This document shows positions 26,740 through 39,721 of a stretch of DNA of 64,000 nt, piece after piece (the first letter of the stretch is position 1; each line of letters begins with the position of its first letter). Both the position numbers and the translations under genes were made by a program. The notes under the pieces are model-generated. The model had not been told where the DNA came from and did no database searches. It was given only the letters and a program-made list of their open reading frames with translations. This DNA is from Octopus sinensis (taxonomy: Eukaryota): NCBI RefSeq assembly GCF_006345805.1, contig NC_043013.1, forward strand, positions 35,216,001 to 35,280,000, in the 5' to 3' direction.

Positions 26740-27430
26740 CCCTCCACATCCTCCAAGATGGCATTGAACTTCTTGAGATCTTCTTTAATCATGTCCAGCC
26801 ATATGGTGTGAGGCCTGCCACCAGGACATTTTCCACCCTGCAGCTGCTATGTCAAATGTGAGCAAAGCTCTGGTAGGATGACCAAACAGAAGGCAGAGGA
26901 AATGTCCATACTAGCACATGAGGCAGATGACCATGTGACAGGAGGCTGTGGGCTGATGCATGTGTGCATGCAGCTCTTCATTGGAACTGTAATGGTACCA
27001 TCTGATGTTCCCAACGGTCCTCAGGGCTCTGCTGTCGAGGCCACCAATCCTCTTTGCCAGGATCTTTGTGAGGAGTCATGTTTCTCTTCTACTGAGGAGA
27101 ACAAAGAGGACCAATGCATTGTAAATGTGGAACTTCATCTTCTGAGAGATAGAGCAGTGGTGCCAAAGAGGCTTCCATGGGGAGTGCATGACCCCAGCAG
27201 CAAGACCACACCTACAGGTGAGGGTTGCAGGGGACAAGTCTGTATGCAAGAGCAACAATGCTTTTATTTAGCTTGTGTCCTTCCAAGCACAGCAAACTGC
27301 CAGAAATCCTTGCTGTGAATCCCGACGTCTGTAGATCCTTTCTCACCATTTCATCCCATGTCTTCCTGGGTCTACCCCTTCAACATGTTCCCTCTACAAT
27401 TAGAGGTCAGCACTTCTTGATGCAACTGTC
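26740..27430 (-). mobile_element. RTE-clade LINE C-terminal relics (two pieces)
   Basis: KMKFHIYNALVLFVLLSRRET*LLTK...RALRTVGNIRW...YGH...RPHTIWLDMIKEDL and VEGTC*RGRPRKTWDEMVRKDL are RTE C-terminal signatures. Confidence 0.75.
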
Positions 27431-27679
27431 TGCATTTATAATATCATTCTAATATTTTGCAGACAAGAAAGTAAGTTTCAAACGCATTAAAGCAGTAATA
27501 ACAGCAGAGAAAGATTGGGTATTTACCCTTATAAGATGGTAAAAAGTCACCGACAGGTTGCAAATGCTCACTCTTTCTCTGCTGTTCTTACAGCTTTTAC
27601 TGTGTTTGAAACTTAGTTTCTTGCCTACCAAATACCATCCTCATTCAATGCTTCCAAATTTTGTTTATAAAATGGGTCA

Positions 27680-28033
27680 TTGCCAGAGCTGCCTGACTGG
27701 CTCCCCATGCTGGTGACATGTAAAAAGTACCATCCAACAGTGATTGATGCCAGCACCCCACACCCGCCCCGACTGGCTCCTGTGCTGGTGGCACATAAAA
27801 AGCACCATCCAAACGTGTCCAATGCCAGTGCCACCTGACTGGCTCCCATGCCGGTGGCATGTAAAAAGTACCCATTACACTCTCAGAGTGGTTGGCATTA
27901 GGAAGGGCATCCAGATGTTGAAACTTTGCCAGATCAGTTTGGAGCCTGGTGCGACCTTCTGGTTTGCCAGTCCCCAGTCAAATCATCCATCCAACACATG
28001 CCAGTATGGAAAATGGACGTTAAACAATGATGT

Positions 28034-28065
<32 letters not shown>
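27680..28065 (+). mobile_element. SINE-like family B with three internal ~70-bp repeats
   Basis: Variants of GACTGGCTCC..TGCTGGTGGCA..TAAAAAG.ACC occur three times, followed by the family B 3' end and (GAT)n. Confidence 0.8.
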
Positions 28066-28067
<2 letters not shown>

Positions 28068-28099
28068 AATGTTGACACATTCTAATATTTATATAAATG

Positions 28100-28400
28100 T
28101 GAGGGCAACATGGCCTAGTTGTTAGGGTGTTGCACTCATGATTCTGAGATCACAGATTCAATTCTTAGACAGGCAGTGCATCATGTTCTTGAGCCAAAAA
28201 AAAAGGGTACTGTGTATCGCATTGATCTATGATCACTTTGACATCTGATGTGTAGCATACCATGCTACCTGTGCAGGTAATGTGGATTTGATTGAGATAG
28301 TCAGCTTATGTGCAGCACCAAACATTTGATCACTATAAACAAATCATTCGTGCAGGATATTCAGCAAGGAACCACAGAACCATCTTTCTCAAACCCAAGA
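28100..28400 (+). mobile_element. Diverged tRNA-headed SINE, family E
   Basis: CATGGCCTAGTTGTTAGGGTGTTGCACTCATGA..TTCAATTC. Related heads at 36120 (+) and 47640-47750 (-). Confidence 0.6.
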
Positions 28401-29044
28401 GACTACCATACATACATACATGCACACAAATAAATTCATAAATACATAAATGCATAAAAAAAAAAGGAATTTACCTGCAATAGATCAATGCCTTAACCAA
28501 AGGGTGATTTATCTCCCATCTACTTATTGTTATGGCATAAAGATATAAACACTAACAGTATGAATCCTTGTGATACAGGAAAGGATAAACTAGCAGCTAT
28601 CTATTACCTAGTCTCTTTCTTTTTTTCCTTTTTCTTCTTCTTTCATTTATTCTATTATCTTTATCCCCAGATATTTCATACATATATTGTTTCTGTTTCT
28701 ATCATCAATTTTTCGGAGATGTTTTAAAATTCCACTCTCCCATTTAGCCATATTCCAACAGTTCGCTTCTCTCTCTTCTCCACAGTCATATCTCTTCTAC
28801 TCCATTTCAATTCTGTTATAGATTTTTTTTATTTTTGTTTTTGGTGGGGGGGTTGCTCCGTTGTTTTCTTTTTCCTATGTGCTACTAGTAATATCTTTAT
28901 CATTTCTGATATGCCAACCCTTTTTCATTTTGTACCTTCCTTTCAATCCATCATAATTTTTGCTGACCTCACCTCTTTTGCTCTCATACTTACATAATCA
29001 ACTACTACTACTACTACAACTACTACTACTACTACTATAGAGAA

Positions 29045-29209
29045 CAGGCGTGACTGTATGGTAAGAAGTTTGCTTCCTAACCACATGGTTCTAGGTTCAG
29101 TCCCACCACATGGCACCTTGGAAAAATGTCTTCTACTATAGTCTCGGGCCAACTAAAACAGAAACTGAAAGGATCCTGTTGTATATATGCGTGTGCATGC
29201 ATATGCACG

Positions 29210-29240
<31 letters not shown>

Positions 29241-29457
29241 TGTCTGTTTGTCCCCCACTACAGCTTGACAACTGGTTTTGGATTGCTTATATACCTGTCA
29301 CTTAGCAATTCAACAAAAGAAATCGATAGAGTAAGTGCCAGGCTTTAAAAAATAAGTACTGAGGTTGATACGTTTGACTGAGAAATACTTGAAGGTGATG
29401 CTCCAGCATGGCCACTGTCTTATGACTGAAACAAGTAAAAGACAAAAGGTAAAAGAT
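29045..29457 (+). mobile_element. Diverged SINE family A
   Basis: Head, (TG)n middle and ATGACTGAAACAAGTAAAAGA tail are all present. Confidence 0.85.
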
Positions 29458-29470
29458 AATGTTATTATTA

Positions 29471-29531
<61 letters not shown>

Positions 29532-29539
29532 CATGATTG

Positions 29540-29792
29540 TATTAAAACTCATGGCTTATTTTGCTTGGTATGGTGGAAAGTGTCAGCTGTTCGCAACCAG
29601 CAGACTAAGGTGACACTTGTTTTACTGGTCGTGCTTCAAGGATCCTGTGAAGAATTCTTGCAGTTCCAAGCAATGCTGATTTTTGTAGATGTTCTGCCTT
29701 CACACTTGCACCGATCTTTTTCAGCCATGTTGGTAGTTGAGTGCTGACACTTCCAAATGCACCAATTACTTTTGGTTTCACATGTACTCTCT
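29540..29792 (-). mobile_element. R4/Dong-like 3' end embedded in (TAA)n
   Basis: VIGAFGSVSTQLPTWLKKIGASVKAEHLQKSALLGTARILHRILE. (ATT)n on both flanks. Confidence 0.85.
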
Positions 29793-30325
29793 TCATTATT
29801 ATTACTATTATTATTATTATTAATAAATAAATAGAAGTGTGCCATATCATGTGAAATTCGTTGAACAATATTTCGGCATCTAGCGTGCCTTCCACAGGTT
29901 CAATATTACATCTCAGTCTACTTCACTTTTTGTTAAAACTATATAGGACTGAGTGACACTATATAGAGAGTGAGTGAGACAGAGTGAGTGGCAACTGAAA
30001 GGAAGGTGGCATATGTTTTGTGCTTTTAAATTTTTATCGGTATTTTAAGAGTAGACAGATACATAACCACAGTGAATGCTGGATGTTGTTTTTACTTTCC
30101 TACTATATAATTAGTTACTCTACTCTATATACTGGGTCCTCAACCAATATTAGATATTTCTCTAAGTGTCACAATATAAAAAAATTTCTCATGGCACTAG
30201 TGCACAATTTACAGATGCTTACATTTTTAATGTTTTCCATGAAGTTTTCACGGGCCCTGCTAGTTATTATCATCATCATCATCATCATCATCATCATTAT
30301 TATTATTATTATCATTATTATTATT

Positions 30326-30612
30326 GAGTGAGAGAGCAGTGCATGCTATCAAAGTGATACTGGGGTACAAATATACTAAGCCCGGTATACCCATCTTGAC
30401 TACCCGTCTGATAAGGGTACACCAGGCACATGCATCACAACCATACATGCATGACATGGTGATCGCATACCAAGATAAACTTGCAGGTGGGGCCCAATTA
30501 CAATTTTCTTCAGGTTGAGTAGCCCATCCCACTCAAAAGGTCCTTGAAGAAAGTTTGTTTTAAAGATGATGAACAAAACACCCACACCTCCAGAGGTGAA
30601 TTGTTCAAACTC
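30326..30612 (-). mobile_element. Non-coding interspersed repeat, family F, ending in (TAA)n
   Basis: Diverged reverse complement of about 45170-45460. Both copies end ...CACTC followed by (AAT)n on the element strand. Confidence 0.8.
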
Positions 30613-30837
30613 CGAAGAACTCAGAAAAATTACTATTTTTAAATCTCACGAGAGATATTCAGCAACAGTACTTTGGAGTAAAGATTGTTTGCCAACATAA
30701 CATGGCAGTCCTGGTATAGGACGAATGTAGCTGTAACTTAGCCCCAGGAGACATCCTCTCTAGCTGGCTGTATGACACGATTTATGTCCTTACATTTTTC
30801 AAACAAGGGAATCTAGCATCCCAACTCAGCTCAAAAC

Positions 30838-30890
30838 AATATCTGTGTATCGTGATTTCTGGGTTATTTGCCTTCATCAGCACAGATATT
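30838..30890 (-). ncRNA. Minimal type I hammerhead ribozyme with intact core
   Basis: Minus strand: AATATCTGTG-CTGATGA-A-GGcaaataacCC-A-GAAA-TC-ac-GA-TA-CACAGATATT. Perfect 10-bp stem I, AUA cleavage triplet, weak stem II. Confidence 0.75.
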
Positions 30891-30966
30891 ATATATGTAC
30901 ATATAAGTATGTGTATATATATATACATATATTTATATATATGTATATATAGATATATATATATAA

Positions 30967-31005
<39 letters not shown>

Positions 31006-31914
31006 TAGATATATACATATATACATGTGTGTATGTATATGTATGTATACCCAGCTTAAATGAATAAGTACATGGGTCAATTCGTTTGGCTAAACACTTC
31101 AAGATGCTGCCCTAGCATGGATGCAGTCCAATGACTGAAACAAGTAAACGATAGAAGATACATAAATATATATTTATGTATGTGTAAAATATGCATACAC
31201 ACATAGGTATGTGCACAACCGTGAATGTGACTGAATTTTGGCATGTCATATCTGTCACCAGTTGAACAATGTAGATGCGATGTTGACGTTACCTGATGAC
31301 ATTACATAGGAATGGTCACTCTGCACTTTGAAGAACTCTTGAATACAAAATCCCTCATTTGAAAACAGGTAAGAATTAGCGACAAGAGGAGCAGTTAGCC
31401 ATGAAATCCTGCATCAAAATAACTCCCTTCCCTGTCCAGAGACCTATCTATGTTTAGGCATAGAAAAACAGCTGTTAAATGAATGTGAAGATATTATTTT
31501 AAATGAATAAAAGTTTTGATTTCTCTCATCATTCAAAATTAATTAATTAAATACATAGCCATTAAATAGCCATTCAATGTGCCTATTGTACTTCATAATA
31601 GCCACCTTCCCACCAACACAATTGTTGGTGTCTTTAATGTCTTCCCCCTTTCTTTCTCCTCCATCCTTCCCTCTCTTTCTCTCTTTCCTATCCTCTTAAT
31701 TCCTCCTGTTCATTCATACTCGTAATTTATCAGTTTTTTTTCAAAGCTTAGCCTAGCCTATGTTTATTCCTTTTCATCAATTATTAGAACTTCATTAATA
31801 TTATTATTAATATTATCAACATTCCTATTATCATTATTATTGTTTTAATTGTTTTAATGGGTTTTTTCATGCCAGCGCGGGCTGTATATTGTTATTATTA
31901 TCAGCCTATTTGCT

Positions 31915-31961
<47 letters not shown>

Positions 31962-32094
31962 AATACATATATACACATATATATTACATACATATATATA
32001 CACATCTATATACATATATATTCATATATACTTATACATATTTACGTATATATATACATACATATACATAAATATACATATATACAAGTACACA

Positions 32095-32131
<37 letters not shown>

Positions 32132-32611
32132 ACACTGCTTTCTTTTATAACAAAATAGGAGGAAAAAATTTTCTTTCATTCATTAATTTTGTTTTGTTCT
32201 TTTTGTTATGTTCTGTTGCTTTGATTTCATTTATTTTTTCAATGATAGATTCTTCCCTTGTCACCACCACCACCACCACCACCACCACTACCACTATCAC
32301 CACCACCAACAACGACTTTAATTTTTCAATAGAACAGGAAGAAGAACAAACCAGAGCAAAAAAAAAATTGTGAAACCATAAAAGAAAAAAAAAAATAAAG
32401 ATTATTTGCAGGTAAAAAGGAAACAAAATAATACAAAAAAAATAAAAGAAATTGTGGAAAATAAAAATAAAAATTAAAAGTGGCAATTAATACTTGTCTA
32501 ATTGTATCCAGTTTTAAATCATATTCTAATGAGGTCAAACCAATCAGTTGAGGGCTCATTGGGGAGAATGTTCAATTGCTTAGCTACATCTTTACAAAAG
32601 AAAGGAAAGCA

Positions 32612-32678
<67 letters not shown>

Positions 32679-33014
32679 TGATGATGATAATAATAATAAT
32701 AAAAATTATAATAAAATAATGATAATGATAATGATGAAGATGATGATGATGATAGTGATAATGATAATAAATGAAATGGAAAATATAACGAACACCTAAA
32801 TAATAATGAACTAAAACAAAAAAAAAAAAATAATAATAAAAACATTGAAATATCAATGAATGAAAACAACAAAAAGAACTGCTTCATTTATAATAATTAT
32901 GAATAATTATTGTGTTGATAATAATGCTATGAAATGAAATTAAACGAAATTTAATGAAAAGTAAATGAGGAAAGAAAATCCAAAAAAAAAAAAATAATAA
33001 TACTAATGAAATGC

Positions 33015-33067
<53 letters not shown>

Positions 33068-33284
33068 TGATGATGATGATGATGATGAAATGTAATAATG
33101 ATGATGAATAGATGAATAAAAAACAAGAGATTAAAAAAACAAAAGTAGTTAGAATAACAAAGAAGGAAAATTAAGCAAATAAAAAAAACAATAGAACAAA
33201 TGAAGAAAATTCTGCTGAAAGACTTTTTAAGAATTGCTGAAAATTATCTTAGGACTAAGCTGTTAAGACTGTTGTTGTTGTTGT

Positions 33285-33332
<48 letters not shown>

Positions 33333-33774
33333 CAGCAGCAGCAGCAGTGGTAATAGTAATAGTGGTGGTGGTGGTGGTGGTGGTAGTGGTGGTGGTGGTG
33401 GCAGTAGCAGTAGTAATACCAGCAGTAGCAGTAGCAGTAGCAGCACCAGTAGTAGTAATAGTAGTAGTAGTAGTAGTAGTAGTAATGGTGGTGGTAGTAG
33501 TAGTAGTAGTGGTTGTGGTTGTAGTGGTAGTGGTGGTGGTGGTAGTAATAATAAGAGTGGTAGTGGTGGTAGTAGTGGTGTTGGTGGTTGTGGGGTAAGT
33601 GGTGGTGGTGGTTGTGGGGTAAGTGGTGGTGGTAGGTGGTAGCAACAGCAACAGTATCAGTAGCTGCAGCAGTAGTAGTAGCAGTAATAGTAGTGGTGGT
33701 GGTAGTGGTAGTGGTAGTGGTGGTGGTGGTGATGGTGATGGTGATTGTGGTAGTGGTGGTGGCTGTGATAGTAT

Positions 33775-33825
<51 letters not shown>

Positions 33826-33850
33826 CAGCAGCAGTACTAGTAGTGATAGT
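33285..33850. repeat. Compound (TAG)/(TGG)/(CAG) trinucleotide array
   Basis: Directly visible. Source of the poly-T/V/L/S ORFs. Confidence 0.9.
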
Positions 33851-34816
33851 TTCCACAAAGGTAGACAGTCAATGATAGGAATGGTAAAACCTTAGCGGCA
33901 GGGTAGGGGGCATTGCAATTTCTTGCTTTTTTTTTCCTTTGGTCAGGGATAGGATGGGGGTTACATGTTGGGAGCATCTTGGTTGGGGCGAGGATAGGTA
34001 ATGCATGTTGGCATGGCGTGCACGTGTGTGTGTGTGGTGGGGGGAGTAGTGGTAAGGGTCGGCAGAATTTTTCAAACGTAATTAAAAGGAATAAACTTGG
34101 TAACTGAAGAAATAGTTGAGTGGAAAAATCAATTGGTGATTAAGTTAATGATAGTAATGCGACTTGCCACCACCACCACCACCAAACTTACTACATTGGC
34201 ATTGTTGTTGTTGCTGATGATGACAATGTTGATGATGATAATGATAGTGACGGTGGCAGCAGACTACGATGACAACATCAATGACAATGACAATGACGAT
34301 GTCGACAGTGGTGATGACGATGACGACGACGATGATATAATGACGGTGATGGTGGGTACAATGATCAACATAATCACTGTGGTTTGATAATAGCAGTGTT
34401 GGTAAACATTGACCACGACAACGACCACAGCAACAATGACAAAGATAATGATGGCAATGATGATGATGATGACGATGATGATGATGATGACAAAAACGAT
34501 TATAGTAAAAATTCTGATATTGATGATGTTGCTGTTGTTGTTGTTGTTGTGACGGTGGTGGAGGTGGTGGTGGTGAGTAAACATTTCTCGAGAAAATGAA
34601 AGAAAATAACAGGGCATTCACCAATTTCCCCTTCATAAGATGACTAAGTCGGGTCATTTTTAATAAAATAACATGTTAGTCATAGACCTTGAGGCTACAG
34701 AGGTCACGATAGAAAATATTGACCTATCTAAAATTGGTGAAATTTACGTTTCTTTGATTAGACTCATTTAGCAATGCTCTTCGTTGTCTGTGATTATCTC
34801 TGTGCGCCTGTCAACT

Positions 34817-34849
<33 letters not shown>

Positions 34850-35276
34850 TAGTTTAGCTATCTAACTAACTCCTTTTCTATTTCTGTCTGCTCTATTTAT
34901 CCATTATGAATTCTGAATTCTGTTTATTAGTTATAAACATAAACTTGCAAATAATAATAATAATCATAATAATAATAATATTTAACCAAAGGCTATATAA
35001 TACACGATTATAAACCTCCACATTCGTCTGTATGTAATGCTGATCAATGCATTAATGAACTAGTGGTTTTTCAAAAGACATATACATACTAATACATAGA
35101 TACATGCATACATACATAAATATATATACACACACATATATATACATATATATATATATATACACACACATACATATATATACACATATATATATACATA
35201 TATATATACAGAATTTTTTGCGTAATGAGATAAAAAACCAAGGCTGTATAGATATTAGAGCATTTATAGATAGAAG

Positions 35277-35328
35277 GTCTTACAGCTGTTTCTAGGATAT
35301 TAATTAATAATATTTCTTCATCGGAGAC
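35277..35328 (-). ncRNA. Minimal hammerhead motif, U4C core variant
   Basis: Minus strand: GTCT-CCGATGA-A-GAAATATTattaattAATATCCT-A-GAAAC-AGCT-GTA-AGAC. Palindromic stem III (ACAGCTGT). Host element about 35210-35440. Confidence 0.7.
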
Positions 35329-35717
35329 GAACCCTTTATTCGCAATGTTACCAAATCTGGAACTTAACTATGGTCTGTCTATAGCACTTATTCAGCATTA
35401 CGTGGCACCTTTGGGTCTCAATGACACCATTATCTCTTATATATACATACATATATATATATAGCTATAGCTATGATACATTCTGTTAAGAACGTAGTAG
35501 AGTACAGTATTAACCTCATCTGCCTTCAGATTTCACCCTGTGCTATCCAGCAGTGGTATTGTAGGTAATTCCAGGAAACACAACTAGATCTCATAATGCA
35601 GGGAAATGGTTGCATAACCAAATACCTGCAAGCCTGGAGAACTATGTTTCATAGAAACAGTTGTAGTGATTGCAAATAAATGTCCTTCTTGTTGACTCCA
35701 CCATTTTCAATTATATA

Positions 35718-35753
<36 letters not shown>

Positions 35754-36396
35754 TAAATACATACATTTAATCCAGATTCTCCAACCCATATCAGCACAGG
35801 AATCAAACAGTGGATTGAAAGAACTGAAGCGTAGTATAAATGTCAACACAATTATTTCTTCTTCCTCTCTTTCTTCTTTCTTCCCTTCTCCAGTGACATC
35901 CCTTCCAGATACACAGTCACCCACACACATGTGCCCAAATACACACCATCTACCAAATCCACTCACAAGGCTTTGGTCAGCTCAAGGCTACAATAGAAGA
36001 CACTTGCCCAAAGTGACATACAGTGGGACTGAACCTAGAGTCCATGTGGCTGGTAAGCAAGCCACTTACCACACAGCCACTCCTGTGCCTAAATTATATA
36101 ATCTATATACAATCACATGAAAGCACATGGCCTAGTGGTTAGGGTGTTCCACTCATGATTGCTAGTTCTTGGGTTCAATTCTTGAGCAAAACACTTCATT
36201 TTACATTGTTCCTGTTGACTCAGCTGTGAATAGGTAACACAGCAATAGAATAATCTTTTGACCAGAAGAACACTGGCCTGCCTGCATAGCCAGTAGGGTG
36301 GCATCATTTGAAAGCTAAAACAGTGTGAAGTGAATTGTGACCAGAGTTGTAGAACAACATCAGGTGTCCTGGTCAATACCATGATATACAATAATA

Positions 36397-36563
36397 CAGG
36401 AGTGGCTGTGTGGTAAGTAGCTTGTTAACCAACCACATGGTTCCAGGTTCAGTCCCACTGCATGGCATCTTGGGCAAGTGTCTTCTGCTATAGCCCCGGG
36501 CCGATCAATGCCTTGTGAGTGGATTTGGTAGACGGAAACTGAAAGAAGCCTGTCGTATATATG

Positions 36564-36596
<33 letters not shown>

Positions 36597-36807
36597 TTGT
36601 GTGTCTGTGTTTGTCCCCCTAGCATTGCTTGACAACCGATGCTGGTGTGTTCACGTCCCCGTCACTTAGCGGTTCGGCAAAAGAGACTGATAGAATAAGT
36701 ACTGGGCTTACAAAGAATAAGTCCCGGGGTCGATTTGCTTGACTAAAGGCGGTGCTCCAGCATGGCCGCAGTCAAATGACTGAAACAAGTAAAAGAGAAA
36801 AGAGAGA
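36397..36807 (+). mobile_element. Full-length SINE family A
   Basis: Near-identical reverse complement of 26076-26490. Confidence 0.9.
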
Positions 36808-36885
36808 CGTAAAGTTTCAGGAAATAAATTGTATTTGTATGTTTTGGTTTTTACATACAAATGTCCAAATTGTATGTAGATAGTT

Positions 36886-37049
36886 GCAGGTGAGGTAAGA
36901 AGCTTTCTTCCCAACCACATAGTTCCAGGTTCAGTCCCACTGTATGGTAACTAGGGCAAGTGTTTTCTACTATAAACTCAAGCCAACCAAAACCTTGTGA
37001 GTGGATTTGGTAGATGGAAACTGAATGAAGCCCGTCATGTGTATATATA

Positions 37050-37083
<34 letters not shown>

Positions 37084-37280
37084 TGTGTTTGTGTTTGTTA
37101 GTTCCCAGCACCATCGCTTGACAACCAATGTCGGTGTGTTTACATCCCCATAACTTAGCAATTCGGCAAAAGAGAACAAAAGAATAAGTCCTGGAGACTG
37201 TTCGTTTGACCAAAAGCGGTGCTCCAGCATGGCCACAGTCAAATGTCGGAAACAAGTGAAAGAATAAAAGAATAAAAGAA
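36886..37280 (+). mobile_element. Older SINE family A copy, adjacent to the previous one
   Basis: Same architecture, more diverged, with an internal deletion. Confidence 0.85.
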
Positions 37281-37519
37281 TAGTACATAGATGTAAATTT
37301 ATCAAATTAATTTGCTATTCTAATTATTAAGGTAATTATATTGCAGAATCTGAAAATCAGCAGACAAATCACCTGACATCCATTGCCTTTCTCATCTGAA
37401 ATAAGATGGAGGATCACCTCTGCTTCTGACCATCTACATGGCTTATAGAATTTATAGAATCCATTGACATTTTCAAACACCTGGTCTTTAAGCAACAAAA
37501 CAATTTACAACTAGTACCA

Positions 37520-37552
37520 TAGTTGCTGCTGCTGCTGCTACTACTACTACCT

Positions 37553-37626
<74 letters not shown>

Positions 37627-37722
37627 ACAACTACTACTACTACTACTACTGTTGCTGCTGCTGCTAATGCCACCACTGCCACCGCAGCTGCTCTGCCACT
37701 ACTACTACTACGACTACTACCT

Positions 37723-37784
<62 letters not shown>

Positions 37785-37853
37785 ACAGCTACTACTACTA
37801 CTACTACTGTTGCTGCTGCTGCTAATGCCACCACTGCCACCGCAGCTGCTCTG

Positions 37854-37926
<73 letters not shown>

Positions 37927-38240
37927 CTCTACTACTACTACTACTACTACTACTACCACTGCTGCTGCTGCTGCTGCTACTACTACTACTACTACTACTA
38001 CTACTATTACTACTACTGCTACCATCACCACTACCACCACCACCACTACTGCTGCTGGTACTACTATTACTACTACTACCACAACCTCCTGCACCTCCAG
38101 TACCCTACCACTACTGGCACTACTACTACTGCTGCTACTGCTACTGCTGCCACTAGTACTACTACTACTACTACCACCACCACCACCACTTCTGCCACTA
38201 CTACTACTACTGCTTATTACTATTACTACTACTACTATGA
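37520..38240. repeat. Compound (CTA)/(CTG) array with an internal higher-order duplication
   Basis: CTAATGCCACCACTGCCACCGCAGCTGCTCTGCCAC occurs at about 37664 and 37822. Confidence 0.9.
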
Positions 38241-38455
38241 TAACTACTGCAATAACGGCATTAGTGATTTGAAGCAACAAGAGGTAATGTTATATATGCA
38301 TGAAGTTGTTGTCTCCAGTTTTCTATAAAACATGTACTGCCAAAAGGTAAGAGTTAGTGACAGGAAGAGCATCCAGCTGTAGAAAAATCTGCCTCAGCAC
38401 ATTCTGTTTCAACCATGCAAGCATAGAGAAATAACTATTAAAAACAAGATATATG

Positions 38456-38491
<36 letters not shown>

Positions 38492-38756
38492 AATATTGAG
38501 AGTGAGAGAAAAAATAAGGAAGGGTGAGAGGGAGGGATATATGTGTGTGTGTGTATGTATGTATATATGTGTGTGTGTGAGTGTGTGTATGTATGTATGT
38601 ATGTATGTATGTATGTGTGTGTGCAAGTGTGTGTATATATGTTTGCATGTATGTGTGTGTGTGTGAGAGTGTGTATAAAAAGCAGCAGTATGTGTATTTA
38701 AATTATATATGCAAAAAAATCATTATTAATATGAATCTAAAGAATCAAAAATAGGA

Positions 38757-38804
<48 letters not shown>

Positions 38805-38836
38805 GAATATATATGGATATATAATACTGTACATTT

Positions 38837-38877
<41 letters not shown>

Positions 38878-39403
38878 GCATACATATATACATATATACA
38901 AGCACACACATATGGTACTTGATAACGCACATATAAATACACACAAACACATAGAAATATAAAAGGCACAACAGAAATTTAGTTATACACCAATTCTTCT
39001 AATCCCATTGTGGGTTTTCAAGTTTTTAAACTTCATAGATCCATCATGATTTTCTCAAAGAATAAGCTTCTTCTCATCCAATCTTGAGAAGTACTTTTTT
39101 TATTTATTCCCAGGAAGTTAGGGGAAATTTCTCACCCGCCCCTTATCACCCATCAACTTCATTTTCCTCAGTTTTATTTTTGCACACTCTGGAAAAGATA
39201 TTTTTCATTATAATAATTTTTATGTTCTTTTATATGTTGTACTTATGTGTCATGTGTGTATGTATGTGATGCCTGTGTGTACATGTGTGTGTGTGTATGT
39301 GTGTGTATTTTATATAGGTATTATATGTTTGTTTTTAATTTGTTCTTTCTCTAAAATTCTGTATCATCTTATTTCTTATCAACTTACTCTCACAGATACT
39401 TTC

Positions 39404-39434
<31 letters not shown>

Positions 39435-39673
39435 CCACTGTTGTTGTTTTTGTTTTGCCGCAACTAAAGCTATCACCGTCTTCCAACCAATCATTATATC
39501 ATCGCTGAACTAATCAATTCTAAAAGACATTTTAGTTGATAGATTTTTCTAACACCCCACCCCACCTCTAAATAAATATTCTTCTCTCCTCTTTTGTAAA
39601 TATATTTTGCTGCCACAGCCTTTTTTGAAGTCTGGAAAAATCTTTTCTTTATTTCCTTTAAAATATATATATA

Positions 39674-39721
<48 letters not shown>

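Noticed and set aside
27690-27880. Three ~70-bp repeats resembling a repeat-spacer array
   Set aside because: Internal repeats of SINE-like family B in eukaryotic context; not CRISPR.
33244-33895. 204-aa ORF resembling signal peptide plus mucin (poly-L, poly-P, poly-T)
   Set aside because: A compound trinucleotide array open in several frames on both strands, with no splice or codon evidence.
37345-37420. Two 22-23 nt GT...TTTCAG segments on the minus strand resembling micro-introns
   Set aside because: Far below normal metazoan spliceosomal intron size and without coding support.
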